DNA of 64,000 nucleotides, taken from positions 99,944,001 to 100,008,000 of the forward strand of contig OZ286460.1 of NCBI GenBank assembly GCA_965644265.1, written 5' to 3'. The translations under genes and the position numbers were made by a program. The stretch is from Glycera tridactyla. Taxonomy: Eukaryota. Within the stretch, counting starts at the first letter, position 1, and every line of letters begins with the position of its first letter. The notes below the pieces were generated by a model. That model made no database searches, was not told the origin of the DNA, and worked only from the letters and a program-made list of their open reading frames with translations. This document shows, in pieces, positions 52,401 to 60,466 of this stretch.

Positions 52401-55400
52401 TCTTCAGAATCATACATTGTGCAGGCAAATGCAAATCCTACTCACAGGGACTAGGGATTATTGTTGGTGTAATCAAAATTGTGGTGTTCTGTCTTCACAG
52501 AAAATCCATCACTCTCACATCAACTCAAAAATTCCCACTCTCCCATCTGGAGAGTGAGTTGGAAGTTTCACTCTCCCGAAATCAAATCCACTCTCCCCGG
52601 GATTCGGGAGAGTGCTAAATTCGAAGACTGATACACACTATGGAAGTGCATCTGGGCAAATCCATGTAATCAACTGTGAATACACGGCAGCCCAATCTCC
52701 AATAATATAAACCTCTGATTTCACACTTAAATGCGGGATTTTTTTTCTGGCTTTGTTTTAGTACAGCCGCCCATGAGACAGTGGATGGTTTGGAAGCTTG
52801 GAGACGAGCAGGAGCTGACCTCAATCAGGATGATTACACAGGAAAAACTGCACTGCACATGGTGAGCATTTCATCTCTCAATTCAACTACATTCTGAGTG
52901 GAGATTTGGTTTTGGTTTTGTTGGGGGTTTAACGTCACGTCAGCTCCATCTGGGCTATATTGTGACGCCCATGCAATGGGCATGGGTGGGATCATTCAAG
53001 ACTCCTCCTTCTGGATCCCCAACAGAAGGCGAAAATTTTTGAAATTCACAGACACTCAAGGTGTCATTTCTGTTATTAGAAATGTTGACCTTGGTGTTAC
53101 CATATGAACATGAGATTCATTCACATAGCTTCCACTAGGTCAGTTATTTTAGGCCATTGTGTTACGCAGCAAACATGGGATCCGTTCACTGGCAGAGACA
53201 TTTGTCAAGATATGGCACATCACAATGAAGAAGGGGGGCACGGAAAAAGTCTGTCATGCAACCTTCCAGTCAGTAGACACCCTCATATACCCGAGAGTGA
53301 ATAGTGGCTCACATGGCCGATCATTCAACTCAGCTTGGGAATGAGCCGCTTCCTCCTCGGGCCAACTTGATTGAGCACCGGGGCGAAACATGAGGTTCAG
53401 CCACCCCCCTGGATAAAAGCCATGTATGCTTGAATTGCTATGCATAAGTAGTGTTTGATATTAGGCTTTGCACTCTTTACCATATATTTGCAATGAATCA
53501 GTTCTTTGCATAGGTTGGTAGGGGAATTCCTGAACAGATGTTGTTGGAAATTGAAGGTCTTATCTGGAGTGGATGCTGGTTGGTTGGTCAGTTGTTTTAT
53601 ATCCCATAAGCACCATTTGGGCTATGTTGAGATGCCCATGTAATGGACATGGATGGGATCAATCAAGGCATGTCCTGGGTCCCCAACAGGAGGGGAAAAT
53701 TTGTGAAATCCCCAGACATTCAAGATGTCAACATTTAAAGTGTGGTATGGTTCAATGATAGTGTTAGGGAGTTCCAGGATGCAACAAAATGATATCAGTG
53801 ATCAGATGAAAATGGGTTAGAGAGATGATCCTCATAAGATAAGGAAGTCATTCATAATGGAGCTTTCGGGGCACATTCATGCCCTTTCATCAGATCTATA
53901 GTGACTGTGGTATTGCTATTGTGAGACCATGTAACCACTATGTAGGAGATGAGTCACATAATTTGAGGAGTTTTTTAGGTTCTGTACCCGGTTTTAGTTC
54001 AGAGACGGTTGGATGATGGTGAAATGGAGAGGCACATAATCCTTGTACAAATGTACCGTATATACTCGCATATAAGCCCATTTTTTGACGACAAAAAATC
54101 GGCAAAAGAGGGGGGCAGCTTATTCGCGAGTATACATTTCGTCAGAGGAAAACATCAATGAAACGAATAGCTGTGAGCAGGTAGGGTCTTCGCTAGCAGC
54201 CGCCACAGCCATCTTTGACCATTTGTCAGCAATATTGTTTTATTTATCATGCCATGATATTTTAGTTGATTCATCACGTGGTTCTTGAGAAATCAATACT
54301 TTTACAACACGGGATCAGACACGAATACAGACGCCATTGCGAAACACTTGCCGGTTGACGAACTGATGCTGAACATGATGTTTTTCACAACTCGCAATGG
54401 CTCTCGAAACGCCCAAAGTACTGCCGGATATAAATTGATAGTCCCAGATGTACGGATGTCGAATCTAATGGCACGTTTGATGATCGTTTGATAGAAAATT
54501 CTGACAAAATCGCCATAAACGTGAGAAAACATTGAACGGAAACAACAATTCGAGAAAGGTTATGAGGTCAAGGCCGTATGCTAATTAGGTATTCTGGTTC
54601 CGTGTTTTGGTCTACATTCGGGGATGCCAGTCTCGTCACATAATCAAACAATGGCACCCAAATCGATGTTGAAGAAGCCAGCCTTTCGTTTTCTTCGCGA
54701 AATATATGCTCACTCTGCCTAGACACGTGTTTTTTCCTCAGCATGGATTGTACCCGTGAATCATTGAAGTGTGGAGGCGCAAATGAATGAACAGTAGCCA
54801 GGGTAAGCTGCGAATTGGCTTCTCTATATGCCTGTCTTTGATGTATCATGGCACTCGTCACTGTGTTCACTCAGCAGGATCAGGGGGGAGGCTTATATTT
54901 GGATAATTGACTAAATCCCGACTTTCAGAGGCGAAATCGTACCCCGGCTTATACCCGGAGAAGGCCTATATGCGAGTATATATGGTAGTTGTTTTCACAC
55001 TCACAACCATCAATCCAGAGCAGGCAAAAATTGTTTTTAAGTTGTGCATCCCTTTATGAGTAATATCACCCAAAAGGTTCTCCCTATATTTTGAAGAATA
55101 TGACGGTGTGTGTATTTTGCTTTGATATGATGATGTATCCATTCATTTTTTATTACTGTAAATATCTTTCATGTACATGTATATTCATTCACCTAATAAT
55201 GCCTCATGTATGCTGGAGAAAGCTATCCTATAGCTAAATGCCTACTTAGTACTTTGTATTGTTACGAAACTAAATAGAGAGTATTCAATTCGATTGAATT
55301 GGTAAAATTTGTTTTCAGGCCATTGCAAAGAAGAACATGGATGCTGTGGTGTACTTGCTGGAACAAGGTGTGCGCGTTGATATCTGTGATGCATTCGGCC

Positions 55401-55504
55401 ACAAGCCACGAGATGAAACAACAGACCCAGACATCTTGAAGCTGTTGGATCTCCACGAGAAAAAGCAGGGCGAAAGTGATATAATTAATGGTGCAGTACA
55501 TTAG
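4149..55504 (+). CDS. ASPG: L-asparaginase / 60-kDa lysophospholipase with ankyrin repeats (ASPG-like), 14 coding exons, 649 aa
   Basis: Exons join in frame through GT-AG sites and total 1950 nt. Type I asparaginase motifs [31 protein letters not shown] and NLRGEM are followed by ankyrin repeats ([32 protein letters not shown]). Confidence 0.95.
6402..6522 (+). CDS. ASPG: ASPG exon 2 ([24 protein letters not shown]...LIMP)
   Basis: ttcttgacag acceptor, GTAAGT donor; phase 1 to 2; FHD motif. Confidence 0.92.
7812..7923 (+). CDS. ASPG: ASPG exon 3 ([25 protein letters not shown]...DIK)
   Basis: tttctcctcag acceptor, GTAAGG donor; phase 2 to 0; EYEPLLDS motif. Confidence 0.95.
8134..10522. mobile_element. 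Non-autonomous TIR DNA transposon, 2.39 kb, 4-bp TSD (Sola2-like termini)
   Basis: GGGTCATTCCATGG...CCACGGAATAACCC TIRs; ATCT duplicated at 8130-8133 and 10523-10526; at least 9 internal GTCCGTCCGTGAC-type motifs; no transposase ORF. Confidence 0.75.
10648..10950 (+). repeat. (GT)n microsatellites
   Basis: Long GT tracts at about 10648-10720 and 10864-10950. Confidence 0.95.
12361..12486 (+). CDS. ASPG: ASPG exon 4 ([28 protein letters not shown]...ILTGSQ)
   Basis: Catalytic HGTDT motif; AG/GT flanks; 42 codons. Confidence 0.97.
12899..12982 (+). CDS. ASPG: ASPG exon 5 ([28 protein letters not shown])
   Basis: RSDGRDN motif; tgcttcag acceptor, GAG|GTAC donor; 28 codons. Confidence 0.95.
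13396..13992. mobile_element. CAGGG-terminated non-autonomous element nested in a CAGT-MITE (host about 13290-14026)
   Basis: CAGGGATCGCACG...CGTGTATGAACCCTG; flanks ATAAG/ATAAA; many subterminal (GT)CCTGGAAA repeats. Confidence 0.7.
14409..14535 (+). CDS. ASPG: ASPG exon 6 ([19 protein letters not shown]...[18 protein letters not shown])
   Basis: RGNRSTK with catalytic Lys and the SPN motif; phase 0 to 1. Confidence 0.96.
14688..14865. mobile_element. CAGT...ACTG MITE (Tc1/mariner-pogo-like family)
   Basis: AGTAAAACCTCT...AGAGGTTTTACTG; internal GAGAC(C/T)/GGTCTC repeats. Confidence 0.7.
16338..16450 (+). CDS. ASPG: ASPG exon 7 (VNWDAVFRP...[14 protein letters not shown])
   Basis: ttgttgcag acceptor; GTAGGT donor at 16451 gives the phase 0 that exon 8 requires. 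Confidence 0.92.
17727..17906. mobile_element. CAGT...ACTG MITE with TA TSD
   Basis: TA-CAGTAAAACCTG...CAGGTTTTACTG-TA. Confidence 0.75.
18000..18375 (+). repeat. (CACT)n microsatellite just upstream of exon 8
   Basis: Degenerate then perfect CACT array. Confidence 0.95.
18417..18602 (+). CDS. ASPG: ASPG exon 8 ([23 protein letters not shown]...[16 protein letters not shown])
   Basis: Conserved GVV..SYGAGN and TQC..G.V...Y motifs; 62 codons. Confidence 0.96.
20367..20548. mobile_element. CAGT-family MITE
   Basis: TACAGTTGAACCTG...CAGGTTTGACTCTA. Confidence 0.7.
22396..24482 (+). mobile_element. Helentron-associated non-autonomous element (HINE/DINE-1/pearl-like) with an internal ~313-bp tandem array
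   Basis: 5' T-run and hairpin TATACCCCCCC...GGGGGGGTATA; (GTCC/GTCT)n microsatellite; about 6 core repeats; 3' GGGGGGGTAT subTIR, TTGCC-TCT-GGCAA hairpin, CTAG then TTTT. Confidence 0.8.
24840..25004. mobile_element. CAGT-family MITE just upstream of exon 9
   Basis: TACAGTTGAACCT...AGGTTTGACTGTA; similar to copies at 20367 and 32966. Confidence 0.75.
25090..25203 (+). CDS. ASPG: ASPG exon 9 ([26 protein letters not shown]...EKRQ)
   Basis: DLT.EAA..KLSYVL motif; GTAAGT donor; 38 codons. Confidence 0.96.
27768..29146 (+). mobile_element. Second HINE-like element with GT- and G-rich interior
   Basis: subTIR GGCTCGCATGC (27774) and GCATGCGAGCC (29115); 5' hairpin CTCGCAT...ATGCGAG; (GTCC)n tract. 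Confidence 0.65.
28395..28475 (+). repeat. (GT)n microsatellite
   Basis: Direct read. Confidence 0.95.
30045..30243. mobile_element. CAGT-family MITE
   Basis: TACAGTGAAACCTGTGACG...CACAGGTTTCACTGTA; similar to 33397-33577 and about 20810-20958. Confidence 0.8.
33397..33577. mobile_element. CAGT-family MITE
   Basis: TACAGTGAAGCCTGCG...CGCAGGTTTCACTGTA. Confidence 0.8.
35543..35710. mobile_element. ~168-bp palindromic MITE
   Basis: ~36-bp imperfect TIR: TAGAATGCCCCAAGTGCCGTGGACGGGAAGGCATTA versus TAATGCCTTCCCATCCACAGCACGAGGGGTATTCTGTA. Confidence 0.75.
36390..36506 (+). CDS. ASPG: ASPG exon 10 ([14 protein letters not shown]...MMKISSSE)
   Basis: NLRGEM motif; ttttcaatag acceptor (alternative in-frame AG at 36401); GTAAGT donor. 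Confidence 0.9.
37140..38535 (+). pseudogene. 5'-truncated, dead CR1/L2-type LINE ORF2 (RT), left part
   Basis: [69 protein letters not shown]; several stops and a frameshift. Confidence 0.93.
38536..39297 (-). repeat. Ngaro repeat B2 (3' terminus)
   Basis: Copy of B1; AATAAA on the - strand about 55 nt before the terminus. Confidence 0.95.
39336..39562 (-). repeat. Ngaro repeat A2
   Basis: Copy of A1 abutting B1, forming the circle-junction sequence. Confidence 0.95.
39560..40321 (-). repeat. Ngaro repeat B1 (~762 bp)
   Basis: Begins about 30 bp after the YR stop; identical by eye to B2 (ORF-track peptides at 39053 and 40077 are the same). Confidence 0.95.
40352..41254 (-). CDS. Tyrosine recombinase (YR), 300 aa
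   Basis: Full catalytic set: GLRIGE (R), FKHSK (K), HSFRIGA (H-x-x-R), GRW (W), AYKKY (Y); N-terminal SAM-like helical domain. Confidence 0.95.
   Translation of the reverse strand: MNSLIQSSLSQRTLANYEQVWSQFQTFSKELTGKDLVMPADNMLVGKYLTHLFFKGLKPSTVTSQASAIAYAHNIRSMENPVDSFYIKKLLMGMRKQGMTPDTRLPITTELLSSIFACMNPSIISEWDEALLQAIFAIMFIAGLRIGEVVSSTDGTQHTIRVSHLSSVCTGGRLIAYIIQLRTFKHSKEPVSIRINSKANSCLCPVMTLHRYLTLRGNSEGFLFLRMNGSIVQSNWVAHMLKKFVAINGLNPNRYGTHSFRIGATTERAAMGVSDEDLRLFGRWKSQAYKKYIRPQMITL
41251..43119 (-). CDS. pol: Reverse transcriptase / RNase H (Ngaro pol); conserved part starts near MPSPI at 42831
   Basis: [32 protein letters not shown]; RNase H FYTDAS, LELYPIV, HTDN, HVPG..N..AD..SR. Confidence 0.95.
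   Translation of the reverse strand: MAHLLRKNQILPLKKTRNPWMGVRVTHHQKPSTKTHLVDTALHITTPRKNARWGKNVASTMNAINAKKLSIPDTLVKPNPSGLAKNLKGARLNPSKMPSPIRPIELSHLLEGYPIDKASELINGFQHGFDVGFVGNTECHAPRNSQLALQHHKVVKEFIQKELLMDRWVGPFEQAPFETMHVSPLSIREKSEPGQFRVIHDLSYPYNEQSVNVGISDSFSTVQYTIVENAIQLILELGHNAYMAKADVKSAFRLLPVKPQQYHLFVFKVDNMFYVDRCLQMGCASSCRLFESFACAVEWILREKMGVSHMLHYLDDYFFIAKTREQCQKALEQFQRLAAITGMPLSPDKTEGPSQIIKFLGIQLSSVDMFASLPDTKLQKYLVTVKEFLIRSTSTLKEMQSIVGFLQWACMVVIPGRPFLRRLIDGMMGKTNPMSKIRISQGMKLDLSMWIKFLQSYNGKTLFLFKEPIHSNSIHFYTDASAIGGGGFYGSKWFVVQYPSDWIKFGITFLELYPIVIAMVMYGPKMANHRLVFHTDNGAVVQIVNKQTAKNPRTMKLVRQLVLNALQCNICMVAMHVPGIYNTTADHISRLQVTPQELATKGMQAQSDPIPDTFLPKNWIGL
42806..44647 (-). CDS. gag: Ngaro gag-like ORF (likely start MPPKK at 44647; ORF open from 44701)
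   Basis: DIRS/Ngaro gag core (W..AWEIY...Y...IR.L......W..YD.RFR); C-terminal C-x9-C-x5-C-x3-H followed by a CX2CX4HX4C knuckle. Confidence 0.85.
   Translation of the reverse strand: MPPKKMKLEPMDEDPDPEIEGMVVSAKSDEQPCTSGSMGAGRPKRRRILTEKGRSYTHLDADPVGEDESNELEQPCETGKEQTLSSDSEPELIEPEVEFVDDESPIQEATKPKKRRMVSKLSQKQPKAKGSAQTTLSNRRINMWFVQAQKTMAEMQATARNISLMQEKWFQSQTIAMLPPSNIVPVDTATTTVPSPPTVAMSSQNSQAFISKYAINRGLCSPSGSQPNVINNTTSTGLSGPITNMPEVPEMVSHGGTGFIVNHVQPPSYGELPQNHQLPLIPQPSTSTHFTPLRDRRREETPEVGNPIPTIHHSEIPVVNIVNQMDRLQQTGIPTGAEFVAPIGGPTQGMPCHVDRDSDLHDMWVDDMQVGENIDVRLIEKIQSGIYFEFRDLLVDLPDENYEVSYRSIDGDKSMLLTPKNRKPIKTFSEWWRAWEIYSANYLKHPLHAKKQQALLIYGRIIRNLREDGMNWLYYDKRFRYERLRLKKIPPWGVVRQTIFNELLKQKMKNGPFVEEESDSTPKEDQESMDGGESDTPSKTKHKNPPGGYCFAYHNPQKKCKMGKKCGFNHECHKCKKAVHPGYTCKAKSKWAGKKSKGSKTQPKQDAESHKTD
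45481..46197 (-). CDS. Element-encoded SGNH/GDSL hydrolase (esterase), 238 aa
   Basis: Block I VGVIGNSF (Ser), candidate block II Gly (VYGTT), block III MGSNEL (Asn), block V PDNLHP (DxxH); no stop codons. Confidence 0.85.
   Translation of the reverse strand: MVEEMYDEYPLSEPGVRVGVIGNSFIRDLRSHCYNEAQKRYFFGTPAEQCAQAMWLDQKCAQIQVEWAYVYGTTAWKLSLDRVFNVFPNITVINMGSNELCNMLREGQGSPERLAKRFIDDALTWMAADKVETVVFMSVLKREAGFTAPSQYFIKLMDRFNMELARQAQFRRRIHYFHIRGFTCTPTGDTLPVAQWSPDNLHPGRTWRDPSFRKFFFQIRKAIMAGVGHYVKTRVAFE
46218..46444 (-). repeat. Ngaro repeat A1 (~227 bp)
   Basis: Identical by eye to 39336-39562. Confidence 0.95.
46445..46582 (+). pseudogene. C-terminal end of the same LINE ORF2, beyond the Ngaro insertion
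   Basis: [37 protein letters not shown]... matches the G.RSF...G...WN.LP..R...SL..FK end motif and continues the frame of 37966-38538. Confidence 0.88.
46797..48404. mobile_element. Non-autonomous TIR DNA transposon, ~1.6 kb
   Basis: 27-bp TIR TGGCACTGTCTCTGAAGGTGGTGATCG / CGATCACCACCTTTAGAGACAGTACCA (2 mismatches); AT-repeat flanks; repeated GGTGTTGTAACA motif in both orientations. Confidence 0.8.
48634..48849. mobile_element. 216-bp MITE with CAGGGCTCTA termini and 5-bp TSD
   Basis: CAGGGCTCTA...TAGAGCCCTG; ATCTG at 48629-48633 and 48850-48854. Confidence 0.75.
49402..49497 (+). CDS. ASPG: ASPG exon 11 ([32 protein letters not shown])
   Basis: P.L.C.AA..GD motif that opens the ankyrin region; tttcag acceptor, GTAAGT donor; 32 codons. 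Confidence 0.93.
50507..50757 (+). CDS. ASPG: ASPG exon 12, ankyrin repeats ([21 protein letters not shown]...LGMMLC)
   Basis: Two ankyrin TPLH/SALDDA motifs; phase 0 to 2; GTAAGT donor. Confidence 0.95.
51209..51690. mobile_element. Related CAGGG element nested in a CAGT-MITE (host about 51051-51712)
   Basis: CAGGGTTCGCATA...GTATGAACCATG; TTTATA on both sides; GTTCTGGAAA repeats. Confidence 0.7.
52010..52164. mobile_element. CAGT-family MITE
   Basis: ACAGTGAAACCCT...AGAGGTTTTACTGTA; related to 14688. Confidence 0.7.
52762..52861 (+). CDS. ASPG: ASPG exon 13 ([34 protein letters not shown])
   Basis: GL..W..AGADL..DY.G.TALH motif; phase 2 to 0; GTGAGC donor. Confidence 0.95.
52905..53110 (-). 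mobile_element. SINE-like retroposon 3' part with (AACC(A))n tail; related copies at about 53575-53720 (-), 63180-63256 (+), 63850-64000 (+)
   Basis: Shared GTCACAATATAGCCCAGATGGAGCTGACGTGACG segment followed by an AACCAA tail in four places; 5' tRNA head not identified. Confidence 0.6.
54056..54985. mobile_element. Non-autonomous Tc1/mariner-type element, 930 bp, TA TSD
   Basis: TA-CCGTATATACTCGCATATAAGCC...GGCCTATATGCGAGTATATATGG-TA; CpG-rich interior, no transposase. Confidence 0.8.
55319..55504 (+). CDS. ASPG: ASPG exon 14, last coding exon ([17 protein letters not shown]...NGAVH*)
   Basis: gttttcag acceptor; completes the ankyrin repeat; TAG at 55502-55504. Confidence 0.9.
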   Translation, partial: AIAKKNMDAVVYLLEQGVRVDICDAFGHKPRDETTDPDILKLLDLHEKKQGESDIINGAVH

Positions 55505-56016
55505 GGAATGAGAAGCATGGTCCAGATTTAACAATATTTATTGAAACTCGAAAAGAACATAGTAACGGTACATATTACTACAATCTTTGTCAAAATGCAC
55601 AGTGTCTAATATACAAAACACCGTATACATGTATCAACACGAGGGAGCTAATGTTGTATGCAGGGTGCAGACATTTTGAAGCAAATGCAATTGGAAGTCC
55701 CAACCGGAATCTCTCCACAGATGATCTCAGAAACCTTTTCAGATATTTGGCTGGCCTATGGTGACTAAGTTGTAGTCTTGTTATCATTAGTATTTGTCAA
55801 GATAGGATGAAAAGATGGAGAAGTTTGCACTCTGTATACTACATCCCCGGCCAAAACAACAGTCACTTAGAGTCAGAGTCTCAGTCATTCAACTCCCTTC
55901 CTATTAAGGGTTACTGGTACCTTGTGTTTTGTTCATCTTCACTGCTGTTGTTGTCAATGTCTACATACTATCTTGAGTATCACTGAGCATACATACTTCG
56001 ATTTTCACTCAGATCT

Positions 56017-57082
56017 GTACTATAGCAAGAATATATGGCCGTGAAGTAAAAACACAATACCAAACAAGGTGTGAATTTTGCTGGATGTCACGTGGCCGAA
56101 AGCCGAGTGACATCCAGCGAAATTCACACCGAGTTTGGCATTGCGTTTTCACCTCACAGTCATATATTCTTGCTTTCATCACATGGATCAGGGGACAAAT
56201 CATCAAAAAATAGTTCTCACCTAGCTGTGAAGTATCACGCGCAATACTCAACACCTGATACTTCACTGAAAATAACACATCCATGTGATAATGAGCAATA
56301 CTTGCACTGGGCAAGCACTATTACTTTTCAAAAGTAGCCACTTTCCGTACATCCAATCTGGATACTCTTCACTTTTTTTTTGCATGGACTATGCATAAAC
56401 ATGCTTGAAGCACATATTTTATTTATTTCACTTGAACCAGATTCTAACCCAGTTTTTGGTGCATCGTAATCTGAGTGCAAGCATGGATATATATTGTTCA
56501 AATTATACCCAGTACCTAGGTCTATTTGCATATTAGTTTTATGTCTATCTACTGAAGCTGCACCATTCAATGAAGTGGATGATTGGATGATTGGATCTCA
56601 AGCACAGCAGAATGGTTGGTTATATTGTAAATGATGTAATAATTATCACAGGAATTTGTAAAGGATTATTGAGAGATGGTCTATGCTATATTGTTACACC
56701 CATGTAGTGAGCATGGGACGGATCACCCAAGACACCTTTCCCAAGGTTGACAATGGAAGGACAAGAGTGTGTATTTACACACCATAGCAATAGATATTGG
56801 TAAGGGAGTTTATCGCATGGATGTGCCATTTTCAGTGAAGGATCAGGTGTTGAGTATTGTGTGATACTTCACAGCTGGATAAGAACTACTTTTAGATGAT
56901 TTCTCCCCTAATCCATGTGATAAAAGCAAGACTATATGGCCGTGAAGTAAAAATGCAATACAAAACAAGGTGTGAATTTCTCTGGATGTCACTCGGTCTT
57001 CGGCCTCGAGACATCCTGTGAAATTCACACCTTGTTTTGTATTGCATTTTTACTTCACGGCCATATAGTCTTGCTATAGTAC
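56017..57082. mobile_element. Fold-back element with ~280-bp inverted arms, each itself palindromic (Crypton-like MITE?)
   Basis: 56017-56300 is the reverse complement of about 56805-57082; each arm folds around GGCCGAAAGCC / GGTCTTCGGCC. Confidence 0.7.
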
Positions 57083-58504
57083 ATTGACAGCTTGGGTGAT
57101 TGGGTATGCACTTTGAAATTCCATGAAGGACATACGATTGGGGCAATTTATAGCCACTTTCTGGCAGGAGTAAGCTCCATTTTAGGTAGGGAGTATTGTC
57201 TGGCATCTATTGAAGCACTAGTAAATATTACGTTATTTACATCTTACTTCTGAACTTCAAATGACTAGTTTGTATGCTATCATATATCTATGTAATCCTC
57301 TATTACACATTGTCAACTATTGAGTGATGGTTATTAGACACTTGAATTCATATGATTATGTTTATTTTTGCTAAACTAGTCTGCTGTGGAAAGGTGCTGA
57401 TTTTGAAGTATTCAACTGTATATTTATCCTATTTTATTTCTGGTGCTGAAAGAATCAAGTGTTTCTGGCTGTTCTTGACTTCTGTATGCATATTTTCTCT
57501 TCAACATCAACTTGAATCTCTAGAATCAGTATGTGATATTTATCATCAGCTCTATTGTTCCTTATGTAGGTTGCCGATTAACCTGTAGACGTAGGAGTAC
57601 AGTGAGGGATGAAGTGCTGGTCCATAACTGTTGTCTTTTACACCCTATTATAACTACTTTCATGGCTGGTGCCATGCTGGAGATCCCAGCTCCAAATCCA
57701 CAAAAAAAGTGGATGATTTCTGAAAATGTAACTTGTACATTTCAATGGTGTATCATGAAACATAGTTTCATCTTATTTTCATGATGTTAGAACTACTTTT
57801 ATGACCAATATATGACAGTCAAAGTTGAGAACCCTGGCGTGGGAAGGTACAAATTAGATATCACTCTGCGATATTTGCAGAAATATTTATTCTAGATTTC
57901 AGCATAACGAGAACCGTAAGTGCATATAATGTCTATCTGTGATTGACATGGTTTGTAGTAATACTACTCGAGGATGGGATTGTGATCATTCATTGATCTG
58001 CATATTTCTGTGATTTATAGTAAATGTAGTCATCCATAGTGACAATGGCCATTGCATACCTAATGTTTTGGTTTTTAAATCATGGAAATTTGCCCAGAAT
58101 TAGTGGAACTGAGTGTATGCAGATGGTTCGACACATCTGCCACTTTGATGGTCATGTGTCATTCTTTCCCCTTGTCACATGTTGCAGTAATCATGTTAGA
58201 TGAGTTATTAACACCTTGGATATCACAGAAAACATCCTACAAGGCTGAAAGACCTTTTTTTTTTGTTCTTTCAGACGAAGTAAAGAGAGAATCTCTTTGT
58301 AAGGTTCACTAATGAAACTTGTCCTTTTTGAGACTAAATGTTCAGAGAAAATTTCTTGGTATGTGTCACCTCAAGAGAGACCACCCCTTTACCAAGATCT
58401 GAAGATGCTCTCATCTGGGGGTTATGGATGAGAGACCAGTAAAATGCAGGATAAGCCTGTCTTGTGGATACTGCATGCACTATCGTGGATTCGATAATTG
58501 ATCT

Positions 58505-59150
58505 CTCTTGGTTTTTATGACCTGCCGGTGTTCACACAAAAGAGGCAGAATGTTTCTGCCTTGGCTCTCTGTGGGTGAATGACTTCATCTAGAGAGTGTG
58601 TTACAGTACGTCTGTCTATCTGTCCTTGCATGCATCCGGTCATCCATGTGTAAGTGCTGGATGATAACTAAAAAGATTCTCTGCCTATTGGTTCAAAATG
58701 ATTCTGGGATGGCCTTCTAAAATGTCCAGATCACAGGGTTCAAAAAGGTCTTAAAGAGACTTCATTGGTTACTGGATGGTGACTAAAACATCGCAGTGCT
58801 TTTCATTTGAAACTTTGCAGACTGACTCATCGTAGTACTGGCTGGATACCTTTTGATTTGGGTGTGTTCATAATGAATGTCAAGGTCACAGAGTTCAAAA
58901 AGTCTATAAATGGTTTGTGGGTGATTAGACAGAAAGTTACTGAGCTATGACCTTAAAACTCAGTGGGTAGACTTTCATCATGATTGAAAAGGAACCTATT
59001 GATTTTGTAGTGGCCAATTTGAATTTGAAGGTCACTATGTTAAAGAAGTCTGTAAGTGGTCAGGATCATTGGTGTGCTGACCAACTGGAAGACAGTCAGA
59101 GGCACTCTCAGTGGGGCACCCTGCCTGCACTCACTGATTGCATCTAGTTA
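58505..59150 (+). repeat. Degenerate HINE-like element
   Basis: GTCTGTC tract, AAGGTCAC motifs, 3' TGCA...TGCA followed by TCTAGTT. Confidence 0.4.
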
Positions 59151-60466
59151 AATGATACAATATAACTCCATATCCAATCTCAAAAAATTAGATCCGTATT
59201 TTGCTAGCAAGAAATTCTCATAAGCGAGTAAACTTTCCCCGTATGATAAGTTATTCTAAGCCTTAATTTGTTTGAAGCTCACTAATATGACAAACTGAAT
59301 TAAAAACCTGGAATAAACTTACAATAATTGTAACTTTGCGGCTAGAGCTCTGGGAGCTGTCACATGGATGACTAAAAACATTCATAATTTTGAAATATTC
59401 ACTCAATATTCACATCTAAATGGAAAAAAAGAACCATATTTGAGGTCGTGAACGTAACCAGAGCAAAGCTCACAGAGCTTCATTCTTCAAGTATTCTTGC
59501 TAGATTGACATCTTTGGGAAATAGATCGGATTTGCTGCTGACCAACCAGAGGCATCACCACCCATGATGGACGTAAAAAAGCACGGGGCAGTGAACATGC
59601 AGAGGAGAGGTGAGAGACATATGGTGCCTTCCTACACGAAAAATTAGATCTTATTGCTTAGTTGATCATTCAGAAGCATTGTTGCAATTATCTGGTTGTT
59701 CACTATTATTCCCAACTGCATGATGCTTACTTAAATTGTCAGTCACTGTACACTTGAGTCGATGAATTTGATGGTTACTCATGCTGAATGTAATCTGTTG
59801 TACGAAGCTTCATATAATGAAGTATTTCACCTTGTCTGTATTTATTGAAGTGCATCTTCATTGTTGAAAGCGTCATCCCTATCAATTTTTTAGGGCAGTG
59901 TTAGTCCCGCTACCTGGATTGACAAGTTTGCGATAATTTTACCCAAATACGTTTGGCTCAAATCACCAAAAAGCATGTGAAGGATCAACGAGATTGCTAC
60001 AATTTGGGCACAGCTGAACTTGTCCCTGGTGTGTTATACCAAATACCACTAACTTATTTGTCAATCAAAGTATGAGATAGGGATTTGGTGTAGGCTGTAA
60101 ATCTTGAATTTTCAGTCATGATTGGGATACGTATTGAGCATTGTTTGGTTTAACTTCTATCAATGGCTGACCTTGATCCTCCAATGAATGACCGCCTCCT
60201 TTCACGGACCGCATCTGCTCAACATTTGAGGTGATCTCGTCAAAGGTGTAACTGTAACTTTTGTCTTCCACAACCTGCGAAAGCAACACCTGTAGAATCA
60301 TAGTAAGATACCATGCCAGTAGAGGGCACATTATATATGCCAATTGGTGGTATTTCAGAAGGCACTGCTGATGGGAATGCCATACATTAATCCCACTGGA
60401 TAGAATTTGCATCTGGCAATGTTTCCTACTATAGTGGTATTATTGCTGTGTAGGAGTCTTACTTAC

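Noticed and set aside
53245-53340. - strand DWKVA resembling LINE RT
   Set aside because: Five-residue match followed by a stop, without flanking RT motifs; likely chance or unrecognisably decayed
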